64,000 bases of DNA from Candidatus Enterousia sp. (GCA_045643965.1 JAZRGB010000023.1:12137-76136); one strand, 5' to 3'; positions 1 to 10,337 are shown, counted from the first letter of the stretch. Numbers and translations are program-made. The notes: generated by a model from the sequence alone, not told the origin.

Positions 1-469
1 TCTGTTGTTGCATTTGTGCCATCTGTTGTGAATTTTGTGCAGCCGCAGCCTGTGCCGCAGCCTGTTGTGCGGCCAATTGCTGTTCTTGCATTTTGGCATT
101 GGCATTTGCAACAATTTGTGCAGCGATTGAATCAATCAAACTGGCACCATGTTTTTTACAATCTTTGTTTGAATTTACACAACCTTCGACAATTGGTCTG
201 GCAATTTCCAGTGTTGTACATGCACTACACTTTGGTTGTGCACAACGTTTTATCATCGCATCACAATTTCCAAAATCAGCCGTTGGTGCACCCGCAGCCC
301 CAGCCAACGTGCGATTATTCATCAATGTATTCCAATTATTGTTATTTGCAGAACCACCATTACCATTCCACGCAGTTAAATTACTGCCCGCAGTGGTTGC
401 AACATTTGCCCCACAAACACATGGGACAAAAAACAAGGTCAGCAATAAAAATCGCTTAAACAACTTCAT
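1..469 (-). CDS. Partial CDS (N-terminal part; gene continues beyond the window start): hypothetical secreted protein with a Gln/Ala-rich low-complexity region
   Basis: Manual reverse-complement translation from ATG at 469-467 gives MKLFKRFLLLTLFFVPCVCGANVATTAGS... (signal-peptide-like), open to the window edge. It is absent from the ORF track because no stop lies inside the window. Plus-strand ORFs 16..459 and 93..485 (PQPVPQPV) are antisense artefacts of this gene. Confidence 0.4.
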   Translation of the reverse strand, partial: MKLFKRFLLLTLFFVPCVCGANVATTAGSNLTAWNGNGGSANNNNWNTLMNNRTLAGAAGAPTADFGNCDAMIKRCAQPKCSACTTLEIARPIVEGCVNSNKDCKKHGASLIDSIAAQIVANANAKMQEQQLAAQQAAAQAAAAQNSQQMAQMQQQ

Positions 470-530
470 ATTCTCTCTTAGGTAAAATTTTACCATATTT
501 TAAATCTATATAAAAGCGAAAAATGATAGA

Positions 531-605
531 AATTTAGAATGATTTAGATAAAAGCAAATCGAGAATCGTTGTCATGAATTGCTGACACAGCCCGTGTTTA
601 GCGAA
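531..605. repeat. Degenerate/partial copy of the palindromic hairpin element family (E1a)
   Basis: Type-I left terminal repeat aatttagaatgatttagataaaa, then the arm caaatcgagaatc shared with copies at 33.8 kb and 52.0 kb. The loop is truncated (gttgtcatgaattg) and the right arm is not complementary. Confidence 0.5.
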
Positions 606-712
606 GAAATTAAAGATAATGGTATAGATAAACGGGTTGGAAATGGCGTAGTGTACAAAAGTTACATGAGCCATCGCCAACCCGCTTTAGATATACCATT
701 AGATTTAATTTA
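606..712. repeat. Palindromic hairpin element, type-II termini (E1b)
   Basis: Left terminus gaaattaaagataatggtatagata, stem cgggttggaaatggc / gccatcgccaacccg, core GTAGTGTACAAAAGTTACATGA at 648-669, right terminus tatataccattagatttaattt. The right end overlaps the ftsK stop codon (tta at 710-712). Confidence 0.7.
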
Positions 713-2953
713 CAGGATGTGACGTTTGTTATTGGCGTCCGGTGCAGACACAATACCATCTGCTTCCATACGTTCCATAAATCCAGCAGCCTTGTTATAA
801 CCAATTTGTAATCTGCGTTGGATATATGAAATAGTTGGCTTTTTATCACGCAAAACACATTCTTTGGCACGTGCATACAGGTCACCATCTTTGTCACCAG
901 TACCACCAAAACCGCCACCCATCATATCACCACCACCAGATTCTGCAGAATCTGTAACACCTTCGGCATATTCTGGTTCACCCTGGGTACGCAAGAAATC
1001 ACCAATACGTTTTAGTTCTTTGTCATCAATAAATGCACCATGGATACGAACTGGGACACGCCCTGCTTCGCTGAACAACATATCACCCATTGCTAATAAT
1101 TGTTCTGCACCACCTTCGCCAAGACATGTTACACTGTCGATACGGCTACGTGCCTGGAACGAAATACGTGTTGGGAAGTTCGCTTTGATAACACCTGTAA
1201 TTGTTGTTGCGTCTGGACGCTGGGTCGCCATAACCAAGTGGATACCGGCTGCACGTGCCTTTTGTGCAATACGCTGAACACACGCTTCTACGTCTTTACG
1301 TGCCAAACTCATCAAGTCTGCAACCTCGTCAATAATGATTACCATATATGGCATATCTGACAAATCGACTTCTTGTGTTTCGAACAACAATTCGCCCGTT
1401 TCTTCATCAGTTCCAACAGCAACTTGCTTGGTAATCTTTTCGCCACTTTCACGTTTTTGTGCAGCGATTTCATTATAACTTTCGATATTACGTGCATTAA
1501 GAACTTGCAGTTGTTTATATCTTTCTTCCATTTCACGCACAGCCCATTTCAACGCATTAACTGCTGGTTCTGGTTCCAACTTTACAATTGGTGTAATCAA
1601 GTGTGGAATATCATCCCAGAACCCAAAGTCAACACCCTTTGGGTCGATAATAATCAGTTTACATTTATCAGGGGTAAAATGATAAACAATAGATGTAATA
1701 ATGGATTGAACAAATACAGACTTACCAGATCCAGTACGCCCTGCAACCAACATGTGTGGCATCTTGGCCAAATCGAAATACATTGGATTTCCACCAATAT
1801 CAACACCCAACGCCAATGGTATTTTATATTTAGATTCTATGAACAAATCATCTTCCATCAATCCACGATAACGCACAGTCTGACGCTTTAGATTTACCAT
1901 TTCAACACCGATTAATTGTGTCTTTGGAATATGTGCGATACGGATACTTTCTGTTGCCATTGCACGCGTCATATCTGTTACAGTTTTGCTGACATCTGCC
2001 ATACGCGTACCTTCATCTGGCATAAATTCAAACAATGTTACAATTGGTCCAGGTTTAATACCGACAACCTTGCCATGAACACCATATTGTGAAAACTTTA
2101 CTTCCATACTGCGGGCAATTTGTTTTAATTCTGGTGTCACTGAATATTTGCTAAAATTAGACTTTTCCAAGAATCTTGTATCTGGCAATTCGTATGTATT
2201 TGCACGTGCAACACGTGTTTTTACAGCCGCCACAGCAGCAGCTTTTTTTACACTACGCTTCTTTGGGGTGGCTACTTTTTCTTCTTCCGCTTCTTCTTGC
2301 TCTATTTCTTCCTCAACTTCATCTTCTTCATCTGAATCATCAGTTTGTGGCACATACTTTGTTAAATGGAACGCAGACGCCAACCATAATGCCCAACGTT
2401 TTAAAACCTTTAGTCCCCAACGAACATGTTCCCATTTTATGTGTAGTAACATTCCACCCATAATACAAAAAACAACCACACATAAAACACCAACCAACAC
2501 AGCACCAACCAAACCAATCAAATACACAACATCAGCTGATACCACCGCACCAAACATACCACCGTATGTTGAACGTGGTGCAATTAAACCAAATCCAATT
2601 ACCCCCATGCACAGTGTAATAAATCCACGCAATAAATTATATTCCGGCAGATTTTCATATTCCAACCCCAGTATTTGCACAATTCCCCATCGTGCAATAC
2701 ACAAAAACAAAAACAGCCCAGGTATTACACCAAATGCATAACGCACCATACCAACCAAATACCCCATCACAGATTGGTCACCAAATGTACTGGATACGCC
2801 AAAGCCATCTAAATAAGAATTATAAAACAGCATTGCAAACACAGCCCACAATGCAACACCCAAGACACATACGCCAAATACACGTTGTGCCAAACTTTTT
2901 AATGCACCAGACACACGTTCCGGTAAAAAATTAGACTTTCTTTTCCCTGCCAT
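710..2953 (-). CDS. ftsK: DNA translocase FtsK
   Basis: ORF 710..2995. N-terminal TM helices and an acidic linker are followed by a C-terminal FtsK/SpoIIIE ATPase domain (GRTGSGKSVFVQSIITSIVY, Walker A) and a gamma-domain-like tail. Start chosen at MAGKRKSN (2953); the upstream ATG at 2995 is also possible. Confidence 0.9.
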   Translation of the reverse strand: MAGKRKSNFLPERVSGALKSLAQRVFGVCVLGVALWAVFAMLFYNSYLDGFGVSSTFGDQSVMGYLVGMVRYAFGVIPGLFLFLCIARWGIVQILGLEYENLPEYNLLRGFITLCMGVIGFGLIAPRSTYGGMFGAVVSADVVYLIGLVGAVLVGVLCVVVFCIMGGMLLHIKWEHVRWGLKVLKRWALWLASAFHLTKYVPQTDDSDEEDEVEEEIEQEEAEEEKVATPKKRSVKKAAAVAAVKTRVARANTYELPDTRFLEKSNFSKYSVTPELKQIARSMEVKFSQYGVHGKVVGIKPGPIVTLFEFMPDEGTRMADVSKTVTDMTRAMATESIRIAHIPKTQLIGVEMVNLKRQTVRYRGLMEDDLFIESKYKIPLALGVDIGGNPMYFDLAKMPHMLVAGRTGSGKSVFVQSIITSIVYHFTPDKCKLIIIDPKGVDFGFWDDIPHLITPIVKLEPEPAVNALKWAVREMEERYKQLQVLNARNIESYNEIAAQKRESGEKITKQVAVGTDEETGELLFETQEVDLSDMPYMVIIIDEVADLMSLARKDVEACVQRIAQKARAAGIHLVMATQRPDATTITGVIKANFPTRISFQARSRIDSVTCLGEGGAEQLLAMGDMLFSEAGRVPVRIHGAFIDDKELKRIGDFLRTQGEPEYAEGVTDSAESGGGDMMGGGFGGTGDKDGDLYARAKECVLRDKKPTISYIQRRLQIGYNKAAGFMERMEADGIVSAPDANNKRHIL

Positions 2954-3022
2954 AACGCTGGTTATTTTATCATAAAAAACACAAAAAAAACACACGATTT
3001 TTACACCGTCTGAAATTTATAT

Positions 3023-3712
3023 TTAATTAGTCTTTTTTAATAACTGCCATTTTATAATATCAGCAACAACCATACCAATAAAGGCCCCAAGCAATACATC
3101 CGATGGCCAATGTGCCCCAACTGCAACACGTGAAAAACCAACCAATATTGCCAGTGTCCATGTCAGAACTTTATACTTTGGTGCCAACATGCCAATCATC
3201 ACCAGCCCTGCAAAAGTAACAGTTGTATGACCAGACGGCATTGAATTAAACGCCCAATCTAATGATGGTGGATAAAAGCCAACCATATCCAACGCTTCGA
3301 AAAATATAGGTCTGGCACGTCCAATAAATGTCTTTAAAATTTTAACCAAAACACCTGCTGACAAAACGCTATAGAAAATCAAAAACGCATGACTTGCTTT
3401 TGTTTTTTCGAAACAATCACGTACACTGCCCAGCAAATTATTTACCTTAAATGATATTTCTGACTTTATCATTTTTTTGATACACAATACCGCAGCCGTA
3501 ATAAAAGATACCAACAACCATACCTTGCCAGCAAAAATAACATCAAAAAATTTCCATAAATCACAATCAAATTGACGTATAAAAACAAATAATGGTTTAT
3601 CCAACCAAACAATTCCCAAAAATACCAAGATTGCCGTTATCAACGACGCAATCCCCATTTTTTTCCATTTTATTTGATTATCTTTTGTTAAAAACATTTC
3701 ACACCCCCACAA
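3023..3712 (-). CDS. PAP2-family membrane phosphatase (phosphatidylglycerophosphatase-like)
   Basis: Multi-TM protein with PAP2 motifs (KxxxxxxRP ... PSGH ... SRVAVGAHWPSDV). The exact start is uncertain. Confidence 0.65.
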   Translation of the reverse strand: MWGCEMFLTKDNQIKWKKMGIASLITAILVFLGIVWLDKPLFVFIRQFDCDLWKFFDVIFAGKVWLLVSFITAAVLCIKKMIKSEISFKVNNLLGSVRDCFEKTKASHAFLIFYSVLSAGVLVKILKTFIGRARPIFFEALDMVGFYPPSLDWAFNSMPSGHTTVTFAGLVMIGMLAPKYKVLTWTLAILVGFSRVAVGAHWPSDVLLGAFIGMVVADIIKWQLLKKTN

Positions 3713-3718
3713 ATAATT

Positions 3719-5224
3719 TTATAAATCAATTAATCCATTATATATTTTCATATCCGTCAAAATCTTTACAGACACAGCCATTGATAACGCATCTTCATCT
3801 GTTCCACTGGCAAATGTTGGACAGCCCTGGCGAATATCTTTTGGATTAACATTTTTTTCTTTATTAAAATCACGTGCGTTAAAATCACCATTAATAACAT
3901 TTAAAAAGAAGGCATTTTGTTGCTGACTGGAACGAATATTAGACAAACATACAATTGGGAAAACACCACGTCCATCAATAACCTGTCCCTGACCTGATTT
4001 GACAGATTTGTTTAACAGTTCTAATGCACCACCATTGTTCAAATCAATAACAGTTGCGATTCTGGCACTGCCTGCTGTTGGCGTCCCAACCAACACACCA
4101 CGTTTTGTTTCATAAAAAGCAGACGCAATCGCTTCTGCAGTACCACGTGTTTGATCAGACATTAAAACCACAACTGGCATTTCAGTAATAGCTTTTGCAT
4201 TTGGCACAACTTCTACTTCATCCATTGCTGTTTCAACAATACGCATAACTGGAATTTCACCCATAAACAATCCTGCCAATTTTGCAGCCGCACGTTCATC
4301 ATCACCACTGGACGCACGCAAATCAAAAATAATACCTTCGGCATCTGTATATGTATTCAATGCCTTTTTCACAATATCAACTGCACCATCAGATACCTTG
4401 TGTACAATGATTTCCAGTATTCCACCATTGTCTGGATTTGAACGATGAACAATATCTGCATCTGCAACAATAACTGTCGCACGACGCAAGACAACATCTT
4501 TGCTGCCACGCGGTGACAATATTTTTATTTTTGATGTACCAGAATTAAATCCACTGATAACAGATGCCAATTCTGCATCAGACATATTACGTACCAATTT
4601 GCCATTGATTTGAACAATCAAATCCCCTGCACTGATACCAGCCGTATCTGCAGGTGCCCCTTTGAATACACCATCAACACGGAAATTACCACGTTCGTCA
4701 CGTACACCTTCCATACCAACACTAGTTAACAATCTGCCATCTTCGGTAATTTGTGCGGATTTAGAAAAAATATATCTGCCATTTTCATCCAAGCCACGCA
4801 TCATACCATCAACAACATATTGGTACATTTCGTTTTCTGACAGCGATTTCATATATGAATCATTTGCACGCATCTTTAAAATTAATGCTGTGGTAATTTC
4901 ACCGAATGCATTCCAATCGTTTTTATCTGGGCGTGGATAATTTGCAATAATCTTATCATCCCAAACCAATACAACCCGTTCATCCGTTGCAGCAATATGT
5001 GCAGATGGATTTAAATTTTCTAAACTTTCAATTGCAACATTCAGGCTTTTTCCACCCCACTTTACCCCGTTTAATTTTTCGTAAACGTCCGCAAAGTTTT
5101 TGGACATTTCAAATACAGGCAAACCATCTTGAATTTTTTCATCAGAAAAGAACAATCCGTCTGCAAAACACGGTGTCATACCAATGGCAAACGCCAACAT
5201 AAAAAATATTTTTGCTATTCTCAT
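3719..5224 (-). CDS. ctpA: Carboxy-terminal processing protease (S41 family)
   Basis: Signal peptide, PDZ region, then an S41 peptidase core (IIFDLRASSGDD... VVVLMSDQTRGTAEAIA). Confidence 0.85.
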   Translation of the reverse strand: MRIAKIFFMLAFAIGMTPCFADGLFFSDEKIQDGLPVFEMSKNFADVYEKLNGVKWGGKSLNVAIESLENLNPSAHIAATDERVVLVWDDKIIANYPRPDKNDWNAFGEITTALILKMRANDSYMKSLSENEMYQYVVDGMMRGLDENGRYIFSKSAQITEDGRLLTSVGMEGVRDERGNFRVDGVFKGAPADTAGISAGDLIVQINGKLVRNMSDAELASVISGFNSGTSKIKILSPRGSKDVVLRRATVIVADADIVHRSNPDNGGILEIIVHKVSDGAVDIVKKALNTYTDAEGIIFDLRASSGDDERAAAKLAGLFMGEIPVMRIVETAMDEVEVVPNAKAITEMPVVVLMSDQTRGTAEAIASAFYETKRGVLVGTPTAGSARIATVIDLNNGGALELLNKSVKSGQGQVIDGRGVFPIVCLSNIRSSQQQNAFFLNVINGDFNARDFNKEKNVNPKDIRQGCPTFASGTDEDALSMAVSVKILTDMKIYNGLIDL

Positions 5225-5253
5225 ATTACACCCCCCATTGGTATGACATACTA

Positions 5254-6117
5254 TTAATTATCTGTATCACGCAAATTAAAGTTATACAAAATCATATTAG
5301 ATATAAAGATACTTGTAAATGTTCCCATAACGACCGAGAAGCCCATTGCAATCGCAAATTCACGCAACATCGCCCCACCGAACAAATACAAACCAACCAT
5401 TGCCAACATTGTTGAAATACTGGTCAACATTGTACGTCTGAACATTTCACCAACAGACAAATCAATCAAATCTGCCATTGGCATTTTGTGATATTTCTTT
5501 ACATTTTCATCAATACGGTCATAGTTAACAACCTTGTCATTAATAGAATAACCTATACCAGTCAGGATAATTGCAATTGCCGTCTGATTAAATTCCAAAC
5601 CTGTGATTGAATAAAAACCAAACATCAATACAAAGTCCAAGAACAACGAACAAAATGCACCAACTGCATACCCACCTTTGTATCGAATCCAAACGTAAAC
5701 AGCCATCATAATAAAGGCAAACAATATCGCCAAAATACCACCACGAATCAATTCACCACCAATTTTTGGTCCAACAATTTGAACTTGTGAATATTCAACG
5801 TTATTACCCAAAATATTTTTTATTTCGGACACACGTTCATTTTGTTGTGCTTCTGTTGACCCTTTTGGTAATCCCAAACGAATTAATATCGCCTTGCCAT
5901 CAACCTGTTGCAATTCAGGACTAAATTCAGATAATGCGGCACGCATTTTATCAATTGTATAAGACTGTTCAACTGGTGTTACTTCCATTGAAATACCACC
6001 TGCAAAGTCAATACCATAATTCAGTCCACGGAACAACAGCGACAATATCGACAACAAAACCAACGCACCAGAAACGATGTACGCAATTTTACGATATTTC
6101 ATTATATGTAATTTCAT
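5254..6117 (-). CDS. secF: Protein translocase subunit SecF
   Basis: SecD/SecF family membrane protein. It follows secD, the canonical yajC-secD-secF order. Confidence 0.85.
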   Translation of the reverse strand: MKLHIMKYRKIAYIVSGALVLLSILSLLFRGLNYGIDFAGGISMEVTPVEQSYTIDKMRAALSEFSPELQQVDGKAILIRLGLPKGSTEAQQNERVSEIKNILGNNVEYSQVQIVGPKIGGELIRGGILAILFAFIMMAVYVWIRYKGGYAVGAFCSLFLDFVLMFGFYSITGLEFNQTAIAIILTGIGYSINDKVVNYDRIDENVKKYHKMPMADLIDLSVGEMFRRTMLTSISTMLAMVGLYLFGGAMLREFAIAMGFSVVMGTFTSIFISNMILYNFNLRDTDN

Positions 6118-6134
6118 ATTAATACCCCCACATC

Positions 6135-7688
6135 TTATTTTGCATAACCAATTTTTTTATTTTTGCCGTTCATGTACCAGTCAATCAGAACCTTGGACAA
6201 CCATACGCAAGTAAACAATGTTGTCAAAATACCGATAGACAAAGTCACTGCAAATCCACGAATTGGACCAGCACCAAACTGGAACAAAACCAAACCACAA
6301 ATCAATGTTGTTAAGTTTCCGTCCAAAACAGTCTTCATTGCACGATCGAACCCGATATTAACAGCACGCAAACTTGGTGTACCTGAACGCACTTCATCCC
6401 TGATACGTTCAAACGGCAATACGTTTGCGTCCACCGCCATACCCAACGTCAGAACGATACCGGCAATACCTGGCAATGTTAATGTTGCCCCGAACAATGC
6501 GGTAAGTCCCACAATCATCCCCAAATTTACAACCAATGCGATACCTGCAATCACACCAAATGCACGATATACAAAGAACAAGAAAATAAAGATAAACAGT
6601 ACACCTGCAATCGCACCAACCTTTCCTGCTGCAATTGTATCAGCACCCAATCCGGCACCAACAACACGTTCTTCGATAACTTGCAACGGTGCAGGCAACG
6701 CACCAGAACGCAACAGTACCGCCAAATCTTTGGCACCCTGTAATGTAAAGCCACCTGAAATCTGACCACGCCCCCCAGGAATTGGTTCACGAATAACAGG
6801 TGCAGACAAAACTTTACCATCCAAAACGATTGCAAATCTTTCATTTACATGTTCTGTTGTTAATTTTGCAAATCTGCGTGCACCAGACGCATCAAACACA
6901 GTTGACACAACCGGCATATTATTCTGGTCAAATTCTGCCTGAGAATCTTTTAATGATTCACCTGAAACTTCAACCCTTGAATACACAGGAATCAACTGCC
7001 CCCCCATATCCATATATGGCAAAAATTCCGTACCATTTGGTGCACGACCAGACGCAATTTGTTCATTTGAAACATTTTCATTTACCAAATGAAATGTCAT
7101 TTTTGCAGTCTGACCAATCAAATTTTTAATATGTTCTGGGTTATCAACACCTGGCAACTGAACCAAGATGTACTTACCACCCTGACTTTGGATTGATGGT
7201 TCTTTGGTACCCAATGCGTCAATACGACGACGAACGATTTCAACACTGCGTGCCAAAGCATCTTTTATCATTTCTTGCTTTTGCAATTCTGAATAAGACA
7301 AATAAATTGTTTTACCATCAGACTTCATATCAACAGTATTACCAAACGCAGCCTTTAAACGTCCCTTGGCATCAGAAACCTGTTTTTCTTCACGAACAAC
7401 CAATGACACAACACCATCATGATTACGCAGATTTGAAAAACGAATAACGCCTTTTTTTCTGTCAATCATGTTACTACGAACTTCTTCGTACAATTGCTGT
7501 GTTTTTTCAGCAAACATTGTATTCGTATCAACTTCCAATAACAGTTGTGCACCACCCTTTAAATCCAACCCAAGTGACACAGGTCCAATCCACGATGGAA
7601 AATAAGGTGCCAACTTTGGCGACATTGTTGGTACAGCCAACAACACACAAAATACAGCAACAAAAATTATCGCCAATTTTTTAAACAT
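6135..7688 (-). CDS. secD: Protein translocase subunit SecD
   Basis: 517 aa with a large periplasmic domain and C-terminal SecD/F TM bundle, located between yajC and secF. Confidence 0.88.
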   Translation of the reverse strand: MFKKLAIIFVAVFCVLLAVPTMSPKLAPYFPSWIGPVSLGLDLKGGAQLLLEVDTNTMFAEKTQQLYEEVRSNMIDRKKGVIRFSNLRNHDGVVSLVVREEKQVSDAKGRLKAAFGNTVDMKSDGKTIYLSYSELQKQEMIKDALARSVEIVRRRIDALGTKEPSIQSQGGKYILVQLPGVDNPEHIKNLIGQTAKMTFHLVNENVSNEQIASGRAPNGTEFLPYMDMGGQLIPVYSRVEVSGESLKDSQAEFDQNNMPVVSTVFDASGARRFAKLTTEHVNERFAIVLDGKVLSAPVIREPIPGGRGQISGGFTLQGAKDLAVLLRSGALPAPLQVIEERVVGAGLGADTIAAGKVGAIAGVLFIFIFLFFVYRAFGVIAGIALVVNLGMIVGLTALFGATLTLPGIAGIVLTLGMAVDANVLPFERIRDEVRSGTPSLRAVNIGFDRAMKTVLDGNLTTLICGLVLFQFGAGPIRGFAVTLSIGILTTLFTCVWLSKVLIDWYMNGKNKKIGYAK

Positions 7689-7710
7689 AACCTAACCCTT
7701 TTTACTTTTT

Positions 7711-8022
7711 TTATTCAACACCAGCCACTGCGTTTTTTGCAACTTCGATTACAACGCCCTTGGCTACTTCTAAATCAATTGTTTTTTCATTTACTTTTTT
7801 AATAGTACCATAAATACCAGCCGCCATTACACGGTTACCAACCTGTAATGAATCCAGCATTTTTTGATATTCCGCCATACGTTTTTTGTTTGGACGAACC
7901 ATTAAAAAATAGATGATTCCAAAAACAACCATACAATACAAAACCATCCCCCAAAAACCGTTTTGTGGGGCTGCTGCACCAGTTTGAACAACTGTATCTA
8001 CAACTTCTGCTGTTTGTTCCAT
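7711..8022 (-). CDS. yajC: Preprotein translocase subunit YajC
   Basis: 103 aa with a single TM helix and the conserved YajC motif (LQVGDRV-like: LQVGNRVMAAGIYGTI), upstream of secDF. Confidence 0.85.
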   Translation of the reverse strand: MEQTAEVVDTVVQTGAAAPQNGFWGMVLYCMVVFGIIYFLMVRPNKKRMAEYQKMLDSLQVGNRVMAAGIYGTIKKVNEKTIDLEVAKGVVIEVAKNAVAGVE

Positions 8023-8094
8023 GTATTTTCTCCTTGATTTAATACAGGAACATTAGTAAAAAAACCCAGATTTGTAAAGTAAAAATACAAGAAA

Positions 8095-9837
8095 TTACAA
8101 TCTTTCAAACCAAGTATCAATTTCAGTTATCGGAATGAATTTATACACAGGACGACCATGATTACACTGCCCACCACGTTCTGTTTTTTCGATATCACGC
8201 AGCAATGTATCCATTTGAACAAAATCTAACTTTTGCCCCGCCCGCACAGAATGATGACACGCCCAGTTTGCCAACTTTAAATGCAACTTTTCTTTTAACT
8301 GCGAAGAATGCCCATTTATACGCACTTCATCTGCAACACTACGCAACACATCTGCCCAATTCATATCCCAGTCAGATGGCTTTTCAAATATCGCAATCGC
8401 ATTATCGCCAAACGCGTCAACATGTAATCCAGACTGTTTTAATTCATCAGAAATAGACACAACCGCAACAACATCTTCTTCACGCAGATTAACAACAATT
8501 GGCGTCAACAATGGCTGTGTCTTTATTTTATTATTACGTAATTTTTCATATGTAATTCTTTCATGTGCAGCATGCTGATCAACAATCACCATATTATCAT
8601 CTTTCTGTGCGATGATATATTTATTTGCGACCTGCCCCACAACACGTCCCAACGGCATATCAACAAAAACATTTTCTATTGGTGTTTCTGCATGTTTTGG
8701 CACAGGTGTCACACAAACAGAATCAACAAACGGATTTTGCACCACAGGCTTAATTTCATCACGCACACAAAATGCACTTGGCTTAACTGCAAATTCAAAC
8801 TGTGGAAATGACTGTGCAGGTTTTGCTGTTTCAACAGGCGTTACCTGTTGCACAACATTACTTACCATTGTTTGTGACAATCTGTCACGCAAAGTTTTGA
8901 TTATAAATGACCGCACATGTGTAGGTTCTAAAAAATGCACTTCGGTTTTTGCAGGCGATACATTAACATCAACCGCATTTGTTGGCAACCACAGATACAA
9001 TGCACACAGCGGAAATTCACGTGCATGCATAACATCCATATACGCTGCACGCAACGCACCAACCAAAACCTTATCCTTGACTGGCCGACCATTAACAAAC
9101 AAAAACTGATCAACAGATGACGCACGTCGCAATGTTGGTTCTGAAATATAACCTGTTAATTTCATACCCGATGTTGATGATGACACAGCATCAATTTCCA
9201 ACATACGCCCAACAACATCGTCGCCCATAACCGCAGCAATACGAGATAACAAATCCTGATTTTTCGGAAAAATCCACTTATCATTTAGAACAAAACCAAC
9301 ATCTGTTCGTGCCATTGCCAACTTTTTTACAACTTCCAAAACAGACATTAATTCCGCCCTGTCACCACGCAGAAATTTTAATCTGGCCGGTGTTTTTGCA
9401 AACAGATTTCTGACACGCATACGCGTACCAACCTCCCACTCAGAAGGTTTTATTTCCCCTGTATTACAATCAATCTGCCAACCATTTTCATCTGCACCAT
9501 TATTAGTATCAATCGTCATATCAGACACAGACGCAATTGATGGCAACGCTTCACCACGAAATCCCATAAAGTTAATATTCAACAAATCATCATCTGGTAA
9601 TTTTGACGTTGCGTGTCGTGTAATTGCACGTGCCAAATCATCACGTGACATACCAGAACCATTATCAATAATACTTATCAATGTGCGTCCACCATCTGTG
9701 ACATCAACCACAATCTGGTCAGCACCCGCATCCAGTGCATTTTCAACCAGTTCTTTGACCACGCTGGCTGGATTTTCAACAACTTCGCCTGCTGCGATTT
9801 GATTAATCAAAAAATCAGGCAACACACGAACCGTCAT
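8095..9837 (-). CDS. mutL: DNA mismatch repair protein MutL
   Basis: N-terminal GHKL ATPase motifs (IAAGEVVENPASVVKELVENALDAGA ... IIDNGSGM), 580 aa. Confidence 0.9.
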   Translation of the reverse strand: MTVRVLPDFLINQIAAGEVVENPASVVKELVENALDAGADQIVVDVTDGGRTLISIIDNGSGMSRDDLARAITRHATSKLPDDDLLNINFMGFRGEALPSIASVSDMTIDTNNGADENGWQIDCNTGEIKPSEWEVGTRMRVRNLFAKTPARLKFLRGDRAELMSVLEVVKKLAMARTDVGFVLNDKWIFPKNQDLLSRIAAVMGDDVVGRMLEIDAVSSSTSGMKLTGYISEPTLRRASSVDQFLFVNGRPVKDKVLVGALRAAYMDVMHAREFPLCALYLWLPTNAVDVNVSPAKTEVHFLEPTHVRSFIIKTLRDRLSQTMVSNVVQQVTPVETAKPAQSFPQFEFAVKPSAFCVRDEIKPVVQNPFVDSVCVTPVPKHAETPIENVFVDMPLGRVVGQVANKYIIAQKDDNMVIVDQHAAHERITYEKLRNNKIKTQPLLTPIVVNLREEDVVAVVSISDELKQSGLHVDAFGDNAIAIFEKPSDWDMNWADVLRSVADEVRINGHSSQLKEKLHLKLANWACHHSVRAGQKLDFVQMDTLLRDIEKTERGGQCNHGRPVYKFIPITEIDTWFERL

Positions 9838-9866
9838 AAAAATCCTTCCTTTTTTCGCTTATAAAT

Positions 9867-10337
9867 TTAGTCTTTAAATTTAACTTCTAAAATTTCGTAT
9901 TCTTTTTCACCACCAGGCAATTTTACGATACAAGTATCACCAACACAACGACCAATCATCGCACGTCCCACTGGGGATGTACACGAAATAACAGTACGTC
10001 CATCCGATTCGATATCAGACAAAATTCTGCACTGCATTTTATTACCATCTTCGTCTTCGGCGACAACACGTGCACCAAAAACCACCCTGTCCCCTGACAA
10101 AGAATCAACATCAATAACAGACGCATTTTCAATAACACCTTCGATAAATCTGATACGTGCATCAATCTGACGTTGTTTTTCTTTGGCGGCACTATAATCC
10201 GCATTTTCAGACAAATCCCCCAGCGAACGTGCCCACTGGACGACTTTCAAGATTTCTGGTCTTTGATTTTCTTTCAAATCTTTTAATTCTTTAATCAGGC
10301 TATCAAAACCTGCACGTGAAATCGGTTTCTTTTCCAT
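9867..10337 (-). CDS. greA: Transcription elongation factor GreA
   Basis: Start chosen at MEKKPISRAGFDSLIKELKDLK (157 aa). The Gre coiled-coil and FKBP-like C-terminal domain are present. Confidence 0.85.
   Translation of the reverse strand: MEKKPISRAGFDSLIKELKDLKENQRPEILKVVQWARSLGDLSENADYSAAKEKQRQIDARIRFIEGVIENASVIDVDSLSGDRVVFGARVVAEDEDGNKMQCRILSDIESDGRTVISCTSPVGRAMIGRCVGDTCIVKLPGGEKEYEILEVKFKD

Noticed and set aside
16-485. Plus-strand ORFs 16..459 and 93..485 with PQPVPQPV-like low-complexity translation
   Set aside because: They are the antisense of a better minus-strand gene, which has a signal peptide, a proper ATG at 469 and sensible codon usage. The periodic Pro/Gln/Val pattern is the mirror of its Gln/Ala-rich repeat.
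6163-6765. 200-aa plus-strand ORF inside secD, and similar antisense ORFs inside ftsK (864..1277, 1373..1891, 2148..2741), mutL (8612..9109) and others
   Set aside because: They are all shadow ORFs opposite well-supported conserved genes. None has a signal or RBS support.
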